64,000 nucleotides of DNA from Verrucomicrobiota bacterium. GTDB lineage: Bacteria > Verrucomicrobiota > Lentisphaeria > JABSQK01 > JAJFLO01. The position numbers and the translations under genes are program-made. Of this stretch, positions 57,964 through 64,000 are shown piece after piece. Location of the stretch: NCBI GenBank assembly GCA_021772615.1, contig JAJFLQ010000116.1, forward strand, positions 97,744 to 161,743, read 5' to 3'. Under the pieces are notes generated by a model, which searched no databases, was not told the DNA's origin, and saw only the letters and a list, made by a program, of their open reading frames with translations. Positions within the stretch are counted from its first letter, which is position 1. Each line of letters starts with the position of its first letter.

Positions 57964-58925
57964 TAAAAGTCGCCTCGCGAACGTTGATCACAGCAACGGC
58001 CGGCAGCAGCCACGATATTGTGAACATGGACCAGATCGAGGGTAATCTTGCCGACACACTAACGCGCGCGGGAGGCACCGACCCGATCCTGGTTAAAGAT
58101 ATCACACATACCATTGAGCGTTTTGTCGAAAACCGCATAAACGACAACGAGCCCTGCTCATTGAACGACGTCTACACGCTTATCAATGACATTCTTCTTG
58201 GCATCGGTCGGCACGATGCCGCCGATCTGTTTCGCCGCCGCCACGACCTGAAGGATGCGACTATACGGTCATCGATTCACCGACACGACCCGGAAGAAAT
58301 ACGGCAAATTATTGCGGCGGACGACTTTTTCACAAACAAAGACGTGGACAGCATTTGGCCTGACGTCGAAAGTAAACTTGATGCGCTCAACATCGCCGCG
58401 GCATCTCAGGCACTGGTACGGGAACTGGCGCGTTCCATTTGGCGCAGCACGTATATCAAGGAGTCGGTCGCACAGCAGGCGACGGAACAACAGACACCGT
58501 GGCTTTACACAGCCTGTGACATCGAACGGTGGTCGCGCGAATGCGGAGATAATCTGTTTCGGTCCGGCATACTCTCGGCAAGCCCTGTAAGTGCAACAAT
58601 ACCCGCGGTCGACCTGCGGCTCCATCTGGCGGCGGTTGCAAAGTCGCAGACAACATCGACATTGCTTGATCTTGATATTCTGACCGCATTACCGGATATC
58701 TGCGCCGATCTCCACCGCCTGGTCGATGTGATAGCTGACCGCATCCGGTCGGCCGCCACCATACCGTCCTCAGAAGACATCCGCTTTATTCTTCACCTGG
58801 ACGTTCCCGCGGATGCATACCCGGACGCCACAGCGACCGTGGCAACAGCGCTGCGACGTGATGCAGCGGCAGCGATCCGGACATCGTTCGCCAACATCAA
58901 CGGCATAATAATGACGATTAGGTAG
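57960..58925 (+). CDS. Hypothetical protein (321 aa) downstream of nrdR
   Basis: The open frame overlaps the nrdR stop by 4 bp (ATGA). I recognise no domain. The N-terminus MIKVASRTL... is weakly ATP-cone-like at most. Confidence 0.5.
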   Translation: MIKVASRTLITATAGSSHDIVNMDQIEGNLADTLTRAGGTDPILVKDITHTIERFVENRINDNEPCSLNDVYTLINDILLGIGRHDAADLFRRRHDLKDATIRSSIHRHDPEEIRQIIAADDFFTNKDVDSIWPDVESKLDALNIAAASQALVRELARSIWRSTYIKESVAQQATEQQTPWLYTACDIERWSRECGDNLFRSGILSASPVSATIPAVDLRLHLAAVAKSQTTSTLLDLDILTALPDICADLHRLVDVIADRIRSAATIPSSEDIRFILHLDVPADAYPDATATVATALRRDAAAAIRTSFANINGIIMTIR

Positions 58926-59001
58926 TGCGCAAGATCTTGAAAACCGTTCTTTCTTTCGGTACATTACATCTTCATTTTTTTATAACTGCCAAGGTGGTCC
59001 C

Positions 59002-60720
59002 GTGTCGTCGCTAGAAATTGATGAAACCAAGACTGCGGAAACGGCCCGATCCTCTGAAGAAATCACACTAAGAGTGGTTGGTGGCCCCGCCGCGGGTCGT
59101 GAGTATCCGATCCGGAGCAAACGTGTCACGATCGGTCGCGCCGTCTCGGCCGATATTTCTATACCGGATACGGTCATCTCCCGCGTCCATGTCGCGATCT
59201 CGAAACGCGGCAAGATCTGGAAGATTTCGGATCTCGGCAGCACCAACGGTACTTGGGTCAGCGGCGACAAGATCAAGGGTGAAACCGAGCTGCCAATGAA
59301 CACCCCGGTTCGTATCGGCAACACGCTGTTCGAACTGTATGAAGTACAACGCGTCGAAGAGCCCACTTCTCTCGATGAATCGCTGATTTCCTTTCGCGTA
59401 AACCCGGTCACCGCCGACAGCCTGCTCCAGCTTGAATCCGGAGAGACGCAGTTCCAGGTTCATCGTGAAAAAAAGAAACTTAAGGCGATTTATGAGGTGC
59501 AGAGTCTGTTGACGAGCGTGACAGACGACACCGAGCTTTTCCACAAGATTCTCGAACTCGTCGACGATGTCGTCCCGTCAAACAACTCCTATCTTCTCAC
59601 GTACAGCGAAGACGAAGAAATATTCGAGCCGGTCGCGGGCCGCAACCTTGCGGGCCGCCTGGATCTTGCGCGGGAAAATTACATCAGCCGGTCGATCGTC
59701 GAATACGTGAAACAACGGAACGAAGGCATACTCTCCGTTGACGCGCCGAACGACGAACGTTTCCACAGCCACTCACTCTGCGGCTTCAACATTCAGAGCG
59801 TCATGTGTGTACCGATGCTCGGTAAACAGCAGCTTCGCGGCTTGATATACCTCTCGGCGAAAAAGTCTGATCGCGAATACGAGATCGAGGACCTGAAACT
59901 TCTCTCGATGATTGCCCACTCCGCCGGCATGGCGATTGAAAACAACCGCCTTATAGAAGACAACATCCGTGCCGAACGTATGGCTGCTATCGGCCTGACC
60001 GCAGCGGGTCTGTCCCATTACGTAAAAAATATTTTGAACGGCCTCGAAGGCAGTGTGTCACTACTACGTCTGGGCATCGACAGTTCTGACGAAAATCTCA
60101 TGAACGATGCCTGGGAGATTCTATCGAAAAATCACAAGCTCATGTCGACGCTGGTGATGGACCTGTTAAACCTCGCCAAGGAGAATCCAGTAGAACTCGG
60201 CATGTACAATGTCGCCGACATGATCATCGAAACGGTCGACCTGATCAGGGCACAGGTCCACGACCAAAATATAGAATTTATCCTTGATCCCGGACTACGG
60301 GCGGCGCAGAAATTCGCAGAGATCGACAGCCGCGGATTCCACCGCGTGTTGCTGAATCTACTGAATAACGCGGTCGACGCGGTAAAAGAGAAACACGGCG
60401 ACACCGGAAAAGGACAGATCGAGATGGCGTTGAAATTTGAGAACGAAGGCCAGATAATGGTACTCAAGGTCGGCGACAACGGCATCGGCATTCCGGCGGC
60501 ACAAACCAGCAAGATTTTCGAAATGTTTCACACCGGCAAAGGCGAACGCGGCACAGGCTTGGGCCTCGCGGTCTCAAAACGAATCATAGAAAACCATCGC
60601 GGCACGATTGTGGTCGAAAGCTCGACCGCCACCGGAACCACGTTTACAATCAAGATCCCGACGAAGTATCAGGAATCGATCACAGACTGCTTCCAGAAAA
60701 AGAAGGACAAGTCAGAATAA
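59002..60720 (+). CDS. Sensor histidine kinase with N-terminal FHA domain and central GAF domain
   Basis: GTG start. FHA: RVTIGRAVSADISIPDTVISRVHVAI...DLGSTNGTWVSG. GAF-like region follows. HisKA: H-box GLSHYVKNILNGL. HATPase_c: DNGIGIP...GTGLGLAV. No TM segments are apparent, so the protein is cytoplasmic. Confidence 0.85.
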   Translation: MSSLEIDETKTAETARSSEEITLRVVGGPAAGREYPIRSKRVTIGRAVSADISIPDTVISRVHVAISKRGKIWKISDLGSTNGTWVSGDKIKGETELPMNTPVRIGNTLFELYEVQRVEEPTSLDESLISFRVNPVTADSLLQLESGETQFQVHREKKKLKAIYEVQSLLTSVTDDTELFHKILELVDDVVPSNNSYLLTYSEDEEIFEPVAGRNLAGRLDLARENYISRSIVEYVKQRNEGILSVDAPNDERFHSHSLCGFNIQSVMCVPMLGKQQLRGLIYLSAKKSDREYEIEDLKLLSMIAHSAGMAIENNRLIEDNIRAERMAAIGLTAAGLSHYVKNILNGLEGSVSLLRLGIDSSDENLMNDAWEILSKNHKLMSTLVMDLLNLAKENPVELGMYNVADMIIETVDLIRAQVHDQNIEFILDPGLRAAQKFAEIDSRGFHRVLLNLLNNAVDAVKEKHGDTGKGQIEMALKFENEGQIMVLKVGDNGIGIPAAQTSKIFEMFHTGKGERGTGLGLAVSKRIIENHRGTIVVESSTATGTTFTIKIPTKYQESITDCFQKKKDKSE

Positions 60721-60770
60721 GGCGCTGCTGCCCGGCCAGACTGTCAGAGACTGCATGGCATACGTTCACA

Positions 60771-61043
60771 TCAACGACTGTAATCGTAGATTTTCTCGCC
60801 CTTCTCGCTCCATCCGAATTTTTCTCTCGCCACCCGCTCGATAGCGCGCGGATCATGCTGCAAACGATGATTCTGCTCACGCAAAAACTCGTTTTCCCCC
60901 TCCTGATTGAGAATCTTCACTTCTTCCTCGTGCAACGTCTTTCGCGTCTGGCTGTACTCTGCGTACGAAGGCACCAGCATATATAGCGACCATACGAAAG
61001 AAACAATCACAGAAAACCAACCAGCGTAATATCGCAATGTCAT
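60771..61043 (-). CDS. FtsB/DivIC-like septum-formation initiator family protein
   Basis: The start is taken at MTLRYYAGWFSVIVSFVWSLYML (TM anchor). The coiled-coil ILNQEGENEFLREQNHRL and the C-terminal DPRAIERVAREKFGW are typical of FtsB/DivIC. Confidence 0.6.
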   Translation of the reverse strand: MTLRYYAGWFSVIVSFVWSLYMLVPSYAEYSQTRKTLHEEEVKILNQEGENEFLREQNHRLQHDPRAIERVAREKFGWSEKGEKIYDYSR

Positions 61044-61218
61044 TTCAGGAGCAGCAGTTATTATTGAATCGTTCCGGCGAACGCAATCCCCGCTTGAAAC
61101 ACGGAAATTTTGCCGCCGCCATAAGGGGTCAATAGTAACCGTAACAGGAGGTGCTGCATTTACCAAAAAAATTTCCTGTTAATCCGCAAAAATTCACAAC
61201 AAAATGAGTGACTTCAAT

Positions 61219-62625
61219 TCAGAAGGGTATATCGACGATATGCCGATGCAGAATAATATGACCGCCGACGGAATTGATACGGTCGACGACAAACGCCACC
61301 ACCTCGCCCTGCTGGATACCGGAGAGCGCGCGATATAAGTCGGTGAAGTCCGCAATCGGCGCCTCGCCGACCTGGATCAGTACGTCGCCGCGCTGTACGC
61401 CCCGACGCCCGAGAACGCCGGCAGCCTCAACGGCACTCACGACGAGCCCGCGCGAATATGGCAATCCAAGGGCGTCGGCAAGCCGGTCCGTGAGTTGCTG
61501 AAACTCGACCTTTAGCTGACGCTTCGCGGTTTCGGCCTCATCGGCACCCGTGATTCGCGCAACCTCAATCGTCACAGCGCCGCCTGCTTTCAGCACCAGA
61601 TCGACGTTGTCGCCCGCCTGCAAGCGCCAGAGCATCCGACTCACATCGACCGCCTGGAATACCTCGATTCCATTTACCGACAGTATCGTGTCACCGGCCA
61701 GGATCCCGGCTGTCTGCGCCGGGCTGGCATCCACAACACGTTGCACCACAGCATGCAACCCTCCGTCCCCCGAGATTCTTGTACCTGGAATCACGCCCAA
61801 ACTGTTCATGCCGAATCGGGCCGGAACCAACCACTGACTCAAGACCTGCTCGATCCGCTTTAACGGGATGGCGAATCCAATCCCTTCCGCTTCATCATGA
61901 ATGGCAAGATTAATCCCGATAAGTTGCCCGTCCGTATTAATCAACGGACCGCCGCTGTTGCCTGGATTGATCGCAGTGTCCGTCTGAATAATATCTTCGA
62001 ACAGGACATTGTCGTCATAGATAAACCGTCGACCTTTGGCACTCAGTACGCCGGCAGCAACGCTGTGCCCCAGTCCGTAAGGATTGCCTACGGTGATAAC
62101 CGTCTCGCCGAGATACAAGTCATCTGGGGCCGCGAACTCGATCGGCACCAGCGGCGTGAGGCTGTCAAGTTCCTCCAGCATGATCAGCGCAAGGTCGTTT
62201 GCCTCGTCGGTAGCGATAGGCTTGGCGACATAATCGGTTCCATCGGCTAGCGTTACGATGATTTTCGAGGCGCGTTGGATCACGTGATTATTGGTAAGAA
62301 TCAGGCCTTCGGTATCGACAATGACGCCGCTGCCCAATGATGTCGTCTTGTACAGACGCTGCTGGCGAGCGAAGAAACGGTTGATCAATTCCGCGAACGG
62401 ATCCCCCTGTCGGCTCTTCGCGAATCGCCGATTGACGATGCGCTCGGTGCTGATATTGACGACCGACGGCAGCGTGATCGAGACAGCGGCAACTACAGGA
62501 GATATGCGCGTCGTCCGCGCAGTAGTGTCGTCACGCTGGGCGTGAATGTCGGGCACGGCGAGAATTATTACAACAATAAAGATGGGAACAAAGCGAATCA
62601 GGATGGGACGGATCTCGATTTTCAT
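61219..62625 (-). CDS. HtrA/DegP family periplasmic serine endoprotease with two PDZ domains
   Basis: The start is taken at MKIEIRPILIRFVPIFIVVIILAV (signal peptide). Catalytic triad region: TNNHVI, DLALI, GNSGGPL. Two PDZ-like segments lie in the C-terminus. Confidence 0.85.
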   Translation of the reverse strand: MKIEIRPILIRFVPIFIVVIILAVPDIHAQRDDTTARTTRISPVVAAVSITLPSVVNISTERIVNRRFAKSRQGDPFAELINRFFARQQRLYKTTSLGSGVIVDTEGLILTNNHVIQRASKIIVTLADGTDYVAKPIATDEANDLALIMLEELDSLTPLVPIEFAAPDDLYLGETVITVGNPYGLGHSVAAGVLSAKGRRFIYDDNVLFEDIIQTDTAINPGNSGGPLINTDGQLIGINLAIHDEAEGIGFAIPLKRIEQVLSQWLVPARFGMNSLGVIPGTRISGDGGLHAVVQRVVDASPAQTAGILAGDTILSVNGIEVFQAVDVSRMLWRLQAGDNVDLVLKAGGAVTIEVARITGADEAETAKRQLKVEFQQLTDRLADALGLPYSRGLVVSAVEAAGVLGRRGVQRGDVLIQVGEAPIADFTDLYRALSGIQQGEVVAFVVDRINSVGGHIILHRHIVDIPF

Positions 62626-62767
62626 GTTATGTTGGACGTTGCGATTCGCAATGGGTTTCCGTAAATTTAGGAAATTTCGTTTTCGGCACGGGCAGCACGG
62701 CATCGTGGACACGTTTATGGTCCTCCGATGAGCGCATGCGCCTACCTTAATGCATCGACGGTTCCAT

Positions 62768-64000
62768 GAACACTGCCAGCAGCACCAAAGTCCAACATTT
62801 TTACGATCGTCTGTTTTCACGCGAACTGTTTGTGACGGAACAGGCCGAGCCGTACTTTCAGGAACGATTACTGCAGATCATCTGGAATGAACAATTATTT
62901 CGCCTGCCACTGCACACAGCGTGCGGTGAACACATCGAGGTTATCCAGAAAGGGATCTGGAATGTCGAGTCCGGGCCGGACTTCCACGATGCGGTAATCG
63001 CATTTGACGGTAAGATTCGCCGCGGCGCGGTTGAAATTCATTTTCGACCGGGGGACTGGTTGCATCACCAGCATCATACGAATAGCGCATACGATGCCGT
63101 GGTACTGCATGCAATCTGGAGTAATCCCAACAGTGACAGGGAGTTTCCCAGCGGCGTGCCGTTATTTGACATTGCAGGTCATCTTAGTTGCTCGATCAAA
63201 GACGTCATCGAGCAGTATGATGCGACCGCATACCCATACGCGCAACAAGTGCAGCCGGAGCAACACGCCCAATGGATCGCGGGCGTTCCGGACGCCGAAC
63301 TTTCCGCCCTCCTGCAATCCTATGGGATCAGCCGAACCCTGAAGAAGGCCGAACGAATCGCCGAGTCGATCGAGCGTCATGGCCTGGAAGAAGCCTGTTA
63401 CCGTGCGTTTCTCGATGCGATGGGATACAAGAAAAACCGGGAGCCGTTCGCCGAGTTGGCAGAGCAGCTGCCAATCTCCGAGTTGGCCGCATGCGAGCGC
63501 TCCGTCGCACTCTCGGTCATGCTGGGCGCGGCAGGATTGCTGCCGGACCCGTCGAAAGATTCGATCCTCGAAGAATACAAACCATGGCTACAGCAAATGT
63601 GGTCGGAATGGTGGCCCCGACGCAAGGCATACCGCGATATTCGGTGGACGCGCCATGGTCTGCGGCCCCTGAATGTACCGGAGCGGCGGATTCTTGCAGC
63701 ACACCTGATATTCCAGCAGCATTCGTGTGAGCTGGGCAAGAGCATACTCGAGTCCATAGAAGCTGATGACACTCCGCGCGCAACGCTACGCAAGCTTTCG
63801 GCATGCCTGACCGTGACAGCCGACGCAGACTACCGTCACTTTCTCCACTTCGGTCGGAAGCTTGAAAAGCCAATCGCTCTTATCGGCGCGAGTCGCATCC
63901 GCGATATTGTCGTAAATGTCGCCATACCGTTGTTTTTCGCCCACTGCTTTTTCAGGAACAGTCCGGAACGATGTCACAAAGGCAGGGAGTTGCTTGCGGC
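62768..64000 (+). CDS. DUF2851 family protein (partial; continues beyond the window)
   Basis: A manual translation from the ATG at 62768 gives MNTASSTKVQHFYDRLFS...LLQIIWNEQLFRLPLHTACGEHIEVIQKGIWNVESGPDFHDAVIAFDGKIRRGAVEIHF, with no stop through 64000, so it is absent from the track. The FLxxxWxxQLF start and the length fit DUF2851. Confidence 0.55.

Overview
This is a GC-rich (about 60%) bacterial chromosomal segment, densely coding, with roughly 47 protein-coding genes and no rRNA, tRNA or CRISPR that I could see. From left to right, first block (1 to 21520): (i) a minus-strand operon for a sialic-acid-like (nonulosonic acid) sugar: NeuB-type synthase, KdsC-type HAD phosphatase, SDR, aldehyde dehydrogenase, NeuA-type cytidylyltransferase, fused transketolase (5' truncated at the window edge); (ii) a lower-GC patch with a secreted hypothetical and an orphan DUF4212 (solute:sodium symporter small subunit) gene that lacks its transporter partner; (iii) a receiver domain fused to a Ser/Thr kinase; (iv) a TetR-OMF-MFP-RND efflux operon; (v) a 1065-aa multi-sensor hybrid histidine kinase. 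Second block (21521 to 34080): an S9 peptidase, a sigma-54 activator with an unrecognised N-terminal domain, a two-domain PPK2 and a TPM-TPM-LemA-PrsW-DksA/TraR envelope-associated neighbourhood. The most notable region is 34.5 to 47.2 kb. It holds PspA/IM30 (the bacterial ESCRT-III homolog), a 592-aa classic-clade AAA ATPase with a large novel N-terminal region, a TerB-like protein, NfeD, a 701-aa flotillin, a 1751-aa giant protein with a C-terminal MoxR-like AAA+ module, and a small XRE-like HTH protein. I read this as a candidate ESCRT-III/Vps4-like membrane-remodelling or membrane-repair system joined to an SPFH/flotillin scaffold. Downstream come tmk, a SAM methyltransferase, a large membrane protein plus an ankyrin-repeat protein, a GT39/ArnT-like glycosyltransferase, CheY-like REC, RidA, YmdB-like phosphoesterase, NrdR, an FHA-GAF histidine kinase, FtsB-like, HtrA/DegP and a partial DUF2851 gene. 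The intergenic regions hold an abundant family of short hairpin repeats: 4-8 bp GC-rich stems, 3-4 nt loops such as TGAA/TAAA/GAAA/NGA, and a conserved 3' tail GAAC(T/G)CCAAC. At least 10 copies show compensatory stem variation, and one copy sits inside a 222-bp MITE-like unit with terminal inverted repeats. Several long perfect palindromes are also present, including 46 bp at 47350 and 16 bp at 38253. All calls are from sequence reading, motif recognition and family knowledge; no database searches were run.
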